A DNA stretch of 64,000 nt from Trichinella spiralis (lineage: Eukaryota), in assembly GCF_000181795.1 (NCBI RefSeq), contig NW_003526945.1, positions 5,740,943 through 5,804,942 of the forward strand, written 5' to 3'. The stretch's first letter is position 1. Each line of letters opens with the position of its first letter. This document shows positions 1 through 12,991 of the stretch, piece after piece. A model generated the notes under the pieces. The model made no database searches and was not told the DNA's origin. It was given only the letters and a program-made list of their open reading frames with translations. The translations under genes were made by a program, and so were the position numbers.

Positions 1-708
1 GCGATGAGTTCCATTTATGTAGGTCATTTTTGAATTTTCAAATGTGAATTTCAGACATGCGGAGGCGTGTTTTGACTAAGTCAATTTTTGTGTGTTATGG
101 CATTCTATCGTATAGTTTATATTTTGACTGAATTTTAAATGTCAAGGTCATTTCTGAATTTTAAATAGTCCTCATTGGGTGACTTTAACTGCGCATTTCA
201 ACTCGTTTTTCAAGTAAATTCAAATAAGTTTCATCTAATGCTATGCATTCGCTTGATAAGCGGTTCACTGTGCTTGAGGTTTCAATGTTCATAATTCCAT
301 AGCGTTCGGTTAGAATTAATTCCTTGTGTAGAAAATTTTCCAATCAACTAAAATCGGTTTCTAGCGCTACAGTATGCAAATAAGGATCGCTTGAAAATTG
401 CCCTATCATCAATCAGTAATGGTGCGCTTGATTGTTTGTCTTGCGTGGCAAGTAATAGCATTGTCAAACGTCAAACATTGCTGTTAAGTAACTATTGAAG
501 TCGGTTTTTAACTGTAGAAGTATTCAAAATTTTTTCGTTGCTACTTTTTCTTTCGAAACTATATATAATCATTTTGTTAACGTTATGTTTAATTGAAAAT
601 CAGTTACTTCCTTTATTTCAAAATTCTTTGTTCAATTTTAAAATTCCACTGTATAATAAAGCGCGAAAAGTTTTGATTTAACATTTACCATCTTTACAGA
701 TATGATCA

Positions 709-2413
709 ATGAAGAAAAGAATAAGTGAAGACGCGGACGACACGAAGCAGATCGCGGACGACACGAAGCAGATCGAGGACCACACGAAGCAGATCGAGGA
801 CCCCCCGAGCAGATCNNNNNNNNNNNNNNNNNNNNNNNNNNNNNNNNNNNNNNNNNNNNNNNNNNNNNNNNNNNNNNNNNNNNNNNNNNNNNNNNNNNNN
901 NNNNNNNNNNNNNNNNNNAACAATTTTCAGATGCCTGCTCCTTCCAATTCGAACAGTTCCATTTTTTCTAAAAATGACAATTATCCCACTGGTGAATCCG
1001 CAGCAAACTGGAAATCAACGCTCTGACGTTAGCTTAGCACAGCAAGCACTGGTGAACAAGCAACAAGTATATTTTACATGAATTGTAAAAATATTAAATT
1101 GCATTTGCACACTTGTATTCATTTTAAAAATTCAGATAATTTTAGAAAATATCTTGAGTTGTTTTTTAGTATTAGTTTAAATTATTATTAGTATTTTCAA
1201 AACCATTAGAAAAATATCCATTTTATGCAATTGCGTGAATGAACAATTTCAGATGCCTGCTGCCTCGAATCCAAGCAACTCCATTTTTCCTAAGAATGAC
1301 AATTATCCACTGGTGAGCGTGCATCAAACTGGAAATGAACGCACTGACGTTACATTAGCAGAGCAAGCATCGGTGAACAATCAACAAATATATTTTACAT
1401 GAATTATAAAAATGTTAAATTCTATTTGCATACTTGTATTCATTTTAAATATTCAGATAATTTTAGAAAACATGCAGAGTTGTTTTTTTTTAGTTTTAGT
1501 TTTAATTTGTATTTTGAATGGTGTTATTAAGTTTATTGAATTATCTTCGTTATAGATTTTAAAATTACAAGCTTGCAATGAAATGAATTCATCCTTATGC
1601 ATTTAGTGATAAAATTTATATTTCATCTTCATAAATAACTGCTATTTGACGTAGGTAGTGAAGCCGCATCCAATTCGGGTTGACGCTTTTCAGCATCCAA
1701 TTCCATTTTCATCAGCGTTTGCAAGTTACATTGCAGGTTTGTTTGAATCTGAATATTCCTTCCAATCAACTTCAGCTCATTTATATATATATATATATTT
1801 GTTTATTTATTTTTTTACAAGTGTTTTTTACAAGTTGAGGTTAGTGTAAATGTTAAACTTTTTAGGAATGCAGCACGGTGTCCATCTTCCGCCATCGTTA
1901 TCTAATTTCCAACAGAGCATGAATATTCCAAATTGCAGTGCTAGGGATATAAGTTCCGTAGATGATTACTGCGGCACGACTTCAAAAATGAATTTTTCAG
2001 TCAATCTTTATTTGGCAATGAGAATGTTCGTAGATGCTTTAGTACAAGCCGACAACTACATCATTGGTTATTCTGGTTACAGCATTTGTCATTTATGTGG
2101 TGAAAAATTCAATATCTACCTTCTGTTCATATATCACACAGTTGTGCATTGCTGTGAAATTTTGGAATTTGAAAAGCACAATTTTGTGATTTGGAATTTA
2201 TTTGTAGCCGATTATATATCCGTTGTTAATTACGCTATTCCAATGCCCTTTGAAATTATGCTTTCTATGGAGCAGATGCGCAGTCGGCAAAATCTCACAA
2301 GTTCAGACAAGCTGCGGAATGATCCGATACGTTCTCAAAGAGGAAAAGAAAACGAATGTATTACTGAAAGAGATGAAAGATTTACCAGTGGAACATCAGA
2401 AAGCGAACAGTAA
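709..2413 (+). CDS. Repeat-rich single C2H2 zinc-finger protein (gene A), multi-exon, interrupted by an assembly gap
   Basis: ATG 709 (MKKRISEDADDTKQI...), N gap 816-918, then phase-compatible exons 931-1066 (1-nt insertion near the gap), 1253-1312, 1655-1736 and 1866-2413. C-x2-C-x12-H-x3-H (CHLCGEKFNIYLLFIYHTVVH) at 2087-2149. Confidence 0.6.
733..815 (+). repeat. 21-bp coding minisatellite, about 4 copies, running into a gap; encodes (A/E)D(D/H)TKQI heptads
   Basis: gcggacgacacgaagcagatc at 733 and 754; variants at 775 and 796. Confidence 0.9.
816..918. other. Assembly gap (others at 20930-20939, 22182-22191, 22974-22983)
   Basis: Runs of N; several flanks look like degraded read ends. 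Confidence 0.99.
919..1500 (+). repeat. Two copies of a ~322-bp exon+intron repeat unit (MPAPSN... exon)
   Basis: tttcag|ATGCCTGCT at 931 and 1253; same unit recurs at 20940-22970. Confidence 0.9.
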
Positions 2414-4648
2414 AATCTTGAAAATTAAAATGGACAAGGAAAAATTTGAAATACCAGCAACGGACGGGTAACTATTAGTATTATTTCTGTTATTATATTC
2501 GAAGCAGTAACTGATCGAGTTGTATCATATTAAATGTAAAATGTAAAATGGGAAGTTTTAATTGTAGGATCGATGTATGACACTGTTATTGACAGATTCC
2601 TGCGACGTCTCTCTTCTCAGATACTTCAGAAATGAGGAAAATGAATATGAATTATAAACTTTCACTTTCTATCTTATCAAATGAGCAGGAATTTTTCATC
2701 TGTAATTTCTTAGCAATTACTGCATATTATCTGCATTATTTTCTGTTACTCCAGTGCGAGTGCAACGTTTTTCTTTTTTTTTTTTCATTATTCGAATGTT
2801 CATGTTATACGGTTAAAGATGAGTACTTGTGTTTATGCTGTTTAAAATTTAGAGTTTAAATTTAACTGTTATTGTGGGGAAAAATAAAACAGTAATGTTG
2901 AAATGAATTAATTATAAATGTGAAATGGTTTAAATTAAAACTTCTAAATAATCACAGTGCTGTCTGTATAGCATCAAATAGTAATTTTTACAATAAGACA
3001 TTTGAAATGCTCCATACGCAAACTATATTGAAATTCCTACTACTAACGGCTAGTTGTCAGCATTTTCACTTTTATAAATAAGTGCGGGCGGTGTATGCAC
3101 TGCATTGCTGCATAGTTCTTTTAGTTGACTTAATTTTCCCGCAATTATTATGCAAAGTTTGATATGCATGCATGATCTGAAACAAAAAGGACTGCTTTTA
3201 TTTTCGCATAATGAATTAATTAACAAATTTAAAAAAAAAGTATACATGAAAATTATTGTGTCTTGAAGAGAAAAAAAAACACAGGGGACAAATCGAAGAA
3301 GATTTGCTGTAATTTTTTCTCTTCGACTTGTTGCATGTTATTGTAAAATTATGCAAGAGAAAGCGTGAAGCAACAATTCTAAAAGCGAATGGTTTACGAA
3401 GTGCTCATCTGCAATGCGTTACAAAGGTCATGGAAATTACTGCTTTGAAAATTAACTAGCGGCATTCTATTTGATGCAAACAATTGATAGAATAACAAAA
3501 ACTTACTATAAACAGCCAAAAGCATCATATTAACATTTCGTACTTGTTGCAATGCATGTTGGCCGGTTGTTCACAAACGCAAACTGCACCAGAATGCTTC
3601 AAGAATGCATCTTCACCAACAACAATACAGGTAAAAATAAGTCTTCAGTATTTTGTTATTTTTCATTCAGTAATTGTTTATAATATATTTTGTGATTGAA
3701 GATAAAATATTATTTTAAAAATGATCATTTTACACAGATGAGCTCATTCAGTTCAATTGATCAAAATTCAAGTGAAATAATTTTTCACTTCTCGCAAGTT
3801 TTTTTTTTAATCATCAAATTTTTTTGTTTTTTACTTTCGAGCGAGAATAAGCCGTTTTGCTGTAAAGTGAGAAGTGTGGAATTAAAGTGCAACAATTAAG
3901 CATAATACCAATAATGTTGATAATGAACCTTAAATATTGAAGCAGTTTGAAAATTAAAGTTTTCATGAAAAAAATAAAGTTTGATAAAAGTTTGTAAAAT
4001 TCATAAGTTGAATGATGATGAGAATACTTTTTTTCATAAATGTTACAAATTGATAATTATTCAAATTTTCTAGAAATTGCGCAGATCAATGCCTTGCTGA
4101 GCAATTGATTGCAGTTCATTTTGTCTTATTTTCATCTTCGAGTTAAATTTTGTAACGTTCAAATAAGCTGGGCAAAAATATTTTCTTTAAAATGATCTTA
4201 AAAATTGAGCAGCTTAAAATGTTATTTTATAAAATTAAAAGTATTATTTTAGCGATTTTATTTCGAAAGTTACTGTTTTTAAGCATTTTATAGGTTGAAA
4301 GTATGTGAAGAAGCGAAAGAAAAATACATTATCCGCATGGTGGGGCAGAAATGTCAAATTTTTGCTACGCGCATCGAATAAATCCGCCAATCACAATCGA
4401 ATTACTGGTGCAACGAGCGACATTTTGATGTTGTTTTGCTGTTTTATAAAAATTGGTAATTTTACTCTTTTCATCAACTGATAGCATATACTTTGCTATA
4501 TTTGCTAGCGCATGCCCACTTTCGAAGCACAGCGGTTTGATATGGCGTCGAAGATGAGTTTTTTTTATCTTTTTAAAAATTTCCAAAACCGACATTCAAT
4601 TAACTTATTATTTTTTCAGACAATGTCAGAAAGAACTGGGCGAAACAA

Positions 4649-4693
<45 letters not shown>
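4649..4693. repeat. (TA)n microsatellite
   Basis: Direct reading. Confidence 0.95.
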
Positions 4694-4696
<3 letters not shown>

Positions 4697-5849
4697 CTTG
4701 ATTGTTATTTGCTTTCGAAAAATCACTGAAAAAATGCAACTTATCCATTCATTCATTCATCAGCTATCTGTTGGTAGAATTGCAAATTCACCGCTGGACA
4801 GAAGGTGGGTGCTATTTGTAAAAAACTTTTTTCCATAACAAATTGCTCACAAATTTTTCATTATTTTGAGGAACACAATTTATCTTTTGCCAACATCAAC
4901 CAACTCAAACGAGCAACAACAACATTGGCAACAAACGCTGCATGCTTCTTTGTTCATTTTGATGGCTGTTCAATCATTGACAGCGTTTCAATGATCAGTG
5001 TGAGTGAGTACTACTGTAAATATGATTCATTTCTACCTGATGATTGTTGCATTACTTTGAGTGAGTAGATTTGTTTTTGCATTTGTAATACAAATTTGAA
5101 TTCTTTAGTTTATTCTTATTTTTTGTTCTTCATTTATATAAACTATTCTTAACTTTCCTTTGCAGCTCAATTTATACTTAATGTGTATACATACAATTTT
5201 GCCATTACGTCCTCAAGTTTAAACGTCATGCCTTCAATGTTTTTCACTGTACAAAGCGTGAATTTTCAAAATAATCCATCTTAGATCATCTTGCAAACAA
5301 CACTCAAGTAAAGTGAAACAAAATTTAAAAAAGTACTGTAAATGTTAATGATTTATTCTTTATGAATAGTCACATGTGTTGCATGTTTAACAACTTTAAA
5401 AAGACTGAACATTTTAGAAATTCAGTGATAGAAGATGGATCAAATTTTGATGGAAATTTTGAAGCAGTACTACATTCGTCTGTACGTTTTACAGTATACT
5501 TATTTATGAGCAGTGTCCATATGAAAATAGCTCTTCTTTTCAAGAATAAAACGCCTTGCCAATAAAACCAACCAGACTTTCTGCGAATTTGCAACAAAAC
5601 TATCCAGTATCGTCTGTCGTATCATTTACCAAGAAGATTTTTGTACCTGGATGAAAAGGAAAACTTTTATTGCATTTATTCGTCTAAATTTATTAATATT
5701 TTTCAGTATAACAATGTTTCATTTTTTTCAGTTGAAATTGTAATTTTTTCCTTTTTGTAAAATCTGTAATGAAAAACTGAAAAATAACGCGCCGACTTGT
5801 GAAAAATTTCCGTGAAATTGTTGCGTGAATTAATTATTTCATAAGACGC

Positions 5850-8800
5850 TTTATTCAGTGTTCAAAATGTTTTATAGACAGTCATGGAATCTAATTATAC
5901 CGCAAATGCTACGTCTAATTACGTAAACACTGGTTCCATCGATGGTACAAACAAACGTTCAGACAGTGGCGGAGTTTCGCAGACTGATCATCAACAGTCA
6001 GGATTCCTACCTTATTGTGGTGAGAGATCCATCCATTTAACACAAGCTTCAGAACAGTTGCCACCAGAGCAGAGTACTGTTAATAGTAATTCAACTGAAA
6101 CTAAGCAAAGTAAGTGTTAATTGTGATAATGATTAAATTTTTGAGTGGTAACTTTTTTTTTCAACAACACATATATTGATTATTTATTAGTTTACAGACT
6201 TCGTTCAACGCTCTTTGTCGCATTCATGGTAGTATTTTCTTTCTTTTTTAATCATCATTCCAGCTGTAGCACACGGTTTCATAAGCAGTTAAAAATTCAG
6301 ATAGTCAACCTCAATAGCCTTTTAGCCAATAATATAAGAAACAACAATTTTTCCAAATGAGTTTATTTATTTATTTCATGTTGTAATTTTATAGGCATTT
6401 CTGTTAGTTGCATTTTTGAATAATCTTCAAGTAGTAGCTACATTTTAAAGTTCTTTTAGCATGGCAAATAATTTTGTAAATAAGAACTATCTGAACCCCA
6501 AACTGCCTGTTTATTATTCAAAATTTTTAATTTTTCAGTGAAATCTTTTGCAGTACTTTGAAATAAAGCTTAAAACTTATATTCCAAATGTTATTTAATT
6601 GCTCTACTCAGATAGCCGAAAAAGACGAGGCAGAATTCCAAAGGCACAGCTCTCCAAGCAGCAGAAGTCAAATCAGCAAATTGCTTCTTCAGATCAGTCG
6701 GTATGTTGTGTCATTATATATATTGTTGTGTGTGCGTGTATGTGTGTAAAAATATTATTGGCCAGAAAGAGGCAGTTACGGTTCAAAATTGTGAAGAGAA
6801 AGATGCAGTTGTTAAAAATGCCCATGAAAATTTGCCAAACGCTAATTCTTCACAGTTGGCATTTCATTCAAGTAAGCAAAAATAATAACGTATAAAATAA
6901 TATGCTTAAACAAAGTAAGTAGTTTAAATTTTATTCTGAAATATGCAATTTTTTTTATTTAATATGTAGTTATGAAAGCTGCAAAATTATTATGAAATTT
7001 AATTTGTTATATTACTTTTATATGACTTGAAGTTTTAGTAATAGCATTTCTTTTTAAGTTTACATTTTTTTTGTTGCATAACATTGAAAGTAATTTTATG
7101 TTTTGCAGATAATACTTCTCCCCAAACTAATTATTCAAACAATCAGTTGAACAATAGTGGAATAACATGTCCAGCATTGACTGAACCAGATGCATCCAAC
7201 AAAAAACGCCTCTCTGATGCATTGGCCAATGCTTATCAACTGAAGTAACAATTCTATTTTACAGTAATGATTATCCATGTAAAGTTTGATCGATATGCAC
7301 ATTTAGAGCTTATTATGATGCATTGTTCCAGCGTAATATCAATGATCATTCACCAAGTGTTTTCACCCGCAACCAAAATTGTGTTTTACCAGTTACTGTA
7401 CGTAATGCTTTGTGCTTCTGTTTAAATCAATTGGTTTGTAAAGACTTAACAAAAATGTCTAATAAGATAAATAAGTAATTTATTAATAAGCACTTCGTTT
7501 CCATAATCCACTTGTAAACAGAATAATGCGCCCAGTCACCAGCAGTGAATTATGAAAATTTATACAAAGCAATCCAGTTCATCTGCTGTAGTTTATGCAT
7601 GTCAGCTACTATTCTTGGATATTTAAACATATTAATATTTGTTACATAAAAAATGTTCAGTCTTATTAATTTTCTTTTTTCTAGACTAAACTTGTAAAAT
7701 ACGTGTGCCATTAATTTTGTTTTGCAAAATCTGTAATTATGATTATGTTTGAAAGTTAAATAATGTGCATCGTGTTATAGAGAACTTTCTTTAAATTTTC
7801 ATAAGATAGTTAGTTATTCAGTGTTCATAATGTTTTAGTCTAGCATGGAGTACAATTATACTGCAAATGCTACGTCTAATTACGCAAACGATGGTTCAAA
7901 CAGTGGTGGACTTCCGCGAAGTGATAATCTGCTTCCACGATTTCACCCTTATTCTGGTAAGAGATTCATCATTATAACACAAACTATCAGAACAGTAACC
8001 ACCACTGAGTTGTGTTCTTAAGCGTCCTGCAGCTATTCAATGTAAATGCTCATTATTTTAACATCATCTTTTTGACAATCATATTATTACCTTAATTGAT
8101 TATGAACATTAATTGTCTTTAACTTTGTTCAACATCGTTTAATTTTAATATACAAACAGCAATGTTTAATAGGTATGTTTTTTATTTGATTGAATCTTTT
8201 TCCTTTACACATCTTTCAGTATTATTGTTCTAATTATCGTTCATACCTGATTTTATAATTATCTGAAAATTCAAATAGTCCAGCATCACTTTAGCGGCTG
8301 TTTCTAATATAGGTCACAGTAATTTTGAATATAAGTTATTTACATTATGTTGCATATGTCTATGAATAAGCAAAAAAAAATATATATATATGAATTGCAT
8401 TTTTGAATAAACTTTAATTTGCTGGATTTAAAAAAAGTATGCTTAATGTGGCAAATAATTTTGTAAATTACAACGTCTGAGCTATACTATTTTTGAAAGT
8501 TCAGTTCTTCAGTTATTTTTTTTTTTTGCAAAACTTAAAAATTTGAAATGTGATTTTAATGCAATATTTAGATGACCGATCAAGACGAAGCAAGCTGCTG
8601 AAGGCAGCATGTCCGCAAAAGCAGATGGAAAATCAACAGAGTGCTCTTTCAGATCAGCCGGTAAGTTGTTATATTACAATAAGATTAATTATTCATATCG
8701 ATACATACATATTTGTATATGTATATGTATATGCATGTGTATGTGCACATGTTCATGTGTGTGAACAATGTTATTCAGCAGAGAAAGACCGTTTTGGTTC

Positions 8801-9510
8801 AAAATTACGAAGGCAATGAAGCAGCTGTTAGAAATACCCAAGAAAGTTCATTGAATGTGGATTCTCCGCAATTGGCATTTCATTTCAGTAATGATATTTT
8901 AGACTTTATGTTAGCACTATATTTTGCATAGTTCGAAACAGCTAAGTATGCCCGTGTAAAATAAAATCTTTTAATTTTACACTTACAAAAGTAATATCAG
9001 TATACAAAAACATTGTAAATCAATTATGTGAAATATAAAATTTTATTAATCAGATTTAAATTTTAAATTTATATACTTGGGTGTCATAATTTTTTCTGAA
9101 TATGATTGGTTACTTATGAAGTGAAAATAAGTTTATGTTTTGCACGTAATACTTTTTCTCATGAAACTAATTATTCAGACAAACAGATGAACAATAGTGG
9201 AACAATATATCCAGCATTAACTGAACCAGATGCATCCAACAAAAAACACTACTCTGATGCATTGGCCAATGCTTATCAATTGAAGTAATAATCATTTTTT
9301 AGAACAGTCATTTCCCATATAAAGTTTGCTCAATATGCACATTTAGAGCTTTTTATAACGCATTTCCACCGCCGAATTTCAATGAGTATCTGCAACGTGC
9401 TTTATCCTGCAACCAAAATTGTGTTTTACCAGTTGTTACTGTAAGTAGTGCTATATACATCAATTGATTTAATGGAAATATTTTAGATAAATAAATAATT
9501 ATTAATAAGC
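5850..9510 (+). repeat. Diverged tandem duplication, period about 2 kb (~5850-7500 and ~7811-9510)
   Basis: MESNYTANATSNY vs MEYNYTANATSNY; PALTEPDASNKK..SDALANAYQLK and NQNCVLPV occur in both copies. Confidence 0.92.
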
Positions 9511-10901
9511 ATAAGCAATAAGCAGTTGTTCAAATTGTTTTTACATTGTTTTGCACATGCAATGAATTATTATTATTATTATTATTATTATTAAAGTTTT
9601 TATTATTGAAATCAAATTACATTTCAAATGAGACTGCTGTACCAAGATTGATTTATTATACGTACACGTTAGCTGTTATATTTTGAATGTCAAAATCATG
9701 AAACATATGAACTTTTTTATTTTAAAACGTTGTTTGTCTTTTTCAAATGAAGCGCAATGAAAAATATTATTCAGAGTAAGTATACATTCAGTAATTTCGT
9801 TTTTTATTTTAGGATCCAAAAGTTTCCATCAGTTCCAACAATTTGCCAGTGATTACAAGTAGTGCAAATAATTCTCAGTCGATGCCATTAGCAAGCAGGG
9901 CGTGTGAAAATACTTATTCTAATAATCAAAAGAAATCTACTGAAACTCAATGGGGTATGGGATTGACCACAAAAGACAAAGCATTCTCGGACACTTTGCA
10001 AGTTGAAATGCCTCCACCACCTTCTGGCCTTGCGAATTATATGTCTTCTCAAAATAATACCATACAAGCAGTGAATTCTTCTACCATTGATTTACAGTCT
10101 GCGCAAAGTCGTCCTTCAGGAGCGAATACTCTTGCTTGCAACAATAATTTTATGATGCCCAAATTGAACAACAATTTCCAACCGCATGGAACATCAGCAA
10201 ATCCTTTGAACTGGGAAAGGGTTTTTTCAGGTTTTCCATTTTTTAAGTGCTATGTTTGCAATGCAAGTTTTGGCGATTACTACGCATTCAAAATGCACGC
10301 GCAATTGCACAGTAAACCAATACAAACGGATATGATAAGTAATTTTCTTGGAACAAGTGCTATGCTGCAAAATTCTGCTTTCTCGCCACCAGGCGCTTCA
10401 TCAGTGGCATTGCCAAGAAGCAATTATCCTCCATATTACAAACAAAGCAACATTATTGGTGGTCATGAGCAGATGCCATTGGGAAAGCCGAACTATCCCA
10501 TGTTAAATTCAGAATTATATTCAGCGTTTACTAATTTCCAACAAGGTGGTGGCGCAGGCAACTTACGTTATGGTAATCCGTCTCCAGTAATGGCACAGGC
10601 GAATTTCCCGAATTATGGACAGAATGGTATTGTGAATCAGAAAGGAATTTATGGACAACAGCCTTCAGTAGCTAGCGGTAAGTTGGTGACGAAATTCAAC
10701 TATATGATGAACGTTTTGTTTAAAGCATAATTTTATAATTATTACAAACATTAATTATAACTTTGATATGATTAACATATGCATTTAGTTGTGAAGTCAG
10801 TGTGAGTTATGTATGCATTCAGTTGCGTAAATGCAGTTTTAATTTCAGACATTTTGAATCCGCAAAATGCTAATGCAAGCTCGTTCCCCGGTTTGGGCTG
10901 A
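5884..10901 (+). CDS. N/Q/S-rich single C2H2 zinc-finger protein (gene B) with an internally duplicated 5-exon block; could be two genes
   Basis: Phase-compatible exons 5884-6019 (alt donor 6109), 6612-6700, 6766-6871, 7109-7244, 7307-7397, 7839-7956, 8572-8660, 8779-8887, 9179-9284, 9347-9440, 9813-10677, 10849-10901 (TGA). Finger CYVCNASFGDYYAFKMHAQLH at 10248-10310. Confidence 0.7.
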
Positions 10902-12991
10902 AAGTCTGTTTGGTGACGCAAATTACGGCAATGAAAATAGTACAACCAGTAGCAGTACTGATGATGCAGAAGATGGGAAATTATATAAATGAATTTTTTT
11001 TATTTCAAGCTATTATATTATATTTTTGATTTTTATATCTTTATGAACTTATTCCATTTAAAGTAGTTTTCGTGTGAAACATTACAGCATGTATTTTTTA
11101 TACCACTTTTATAATTGTGAAATTGTATTCGCATATTTTTTTAATTGAAAAACTGTGTGGAAGTTCCTTCAAAAACACTAATGCTTTACTCTCCGCAATA
11201 TGTGTATATTTTTCTAAAGTATTCTAAATATTTTCATTTTAACAAATTGCTTATGCTTGTCGAATCAGAAAAGAGATGTTTACTGTATCATAGATGAGCA
11301 TGCTATCAACTATGTAACTGAACAAGAACAGTTTTATACGAACAGTTAACGAACTGCTAGCAGCTTTCTGTTTTAACGAATAAAGAGCATCAGCAGCAGT
11401 TTCAATCAAACGTAATTCTCAAATAAATTGAATGCATCCTGTCCATTTGTTTAGAAGTGATTTATTCACAAGATTCCCTGCAGTAACTCTCTCTTTTTCA
11501 ATTTGGTTAATTAATTTTTCCTGTTTCAACAGCAGCAGCACATTTTCCAGCTCAGTTACTTAGGTCTGTTCTATGCGTATCTTCAAAAATAGCGTATATG
11601 TTCATCATCACTAAGCAAGAGCTAGAAAGTATTTCATATTATTTAAAGAAGTTTATACGAACAAAAAATAAAACATGATAAATTACATCGATGTATATTA
11701 TTTATCAACACAATTTCTACGAAAATTAAACCTGATTTTCACTGTCGGTTGCATGGATTGCTACAATCAGCGACATTAGGCAACTATCAAGGAATTTGAA
11801 AAAAAAAACTCATTTTGCAATAAAATTTAGAAATTTTGATTAAAAATTTAGGGGAATTTTTTAAAAAGAAACGGTAATTTTTACTCATGTTTACTGTTCT
11901 TAATGCTCATCATGCATTTCAAGATCATGTAAGATGCTTATAAAATAGAAAATTGTAAATATAAAATTACAACATGTTTATTTATGTGTACATTCTATTC
12001 TACTAAATTTTGTAATTCATGTCGCACTACTTTCGTTAGAATCCTGTAAAAATCTATAGCTATGCATTCATTTTATAAAACTTATAAAATGTTGAACATG
12101 TAATTAATTATTAGTAGCTTTGATTGCTGTCAATAATGTTCCAACTTTTCAAACCGTAATTATGACATGCATTTCATAATACTGTAGCCTACTAAATGAT
12201 CTCGTTCTTACTTCCTGGTCTTGTTTACTTGTTTTATGTTTCATTGTGTATGCATACGCGTCGTCTGTTTGCTCTGTTAAAATTTTATGCGTTATTTGTG
12301 ATGATCTGTTATTTTGATGTGCGTCTTATTTAACGCTTCCATCCGCTTTTCCGATAGACTTTCTTCATTTTATCGTATTATGTATATTATCTATTTTATT
12401 TTTATTATTTATTGCATTAGAATTTAATGTTTTAATTGTAAATCTTTTTTTCTGATTTTATTACTTTGACAGTACGCGCGATGATTTATCCAAAATATTT
12501 ATGACTCAGTCAGCGTATACTTTATTTATTTATGCATTATTTCATCCTTCAAATAATTTTTAATCTTCAAGACCAACACCCCAACGAAGCGAAACATCAA
12601 CCAGGTAGTCGTCAATTTGAGGTGTGTTTCAATTTGTTAAATATGTAAGCAGTAAAAAGTCATAATTTTCTGCTCATTGAGCATAATTGTTATTTTACAT
12701 TTGTTCAACTAAATAAGTAAAGAGTCTAAATTGTTTAATGTGCATTTCTTTTAATTTCAACTTTTATTCCATTCCATTATTTTTTTAATTAATTTTCTTT
12801 TGTGTAATGTAAAGCCTTCATCAAAAATTTTAGTTGCTAATTTTTAATTTCTTATTTGTTATTATTTCTGCATTTTCACTTCACTGAACTGAAATTTGTA
12901 AAGTCGATTAATTTAAATTCCATTGGGGGTGTTTTTCTACATGATCACGATGTACAGTTATAAATGCAGACGTCAGTTTTGTTTATTTTAG

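Noticed and set aside
725..815. SR/protamine-like frame (RTTRSRS)n of the 21-bp repeat
   Set aside because: Preceded by an in-frame TAA with only a GTG start; the paralogous exon supports the ATG-initiated DDTKQI frame.
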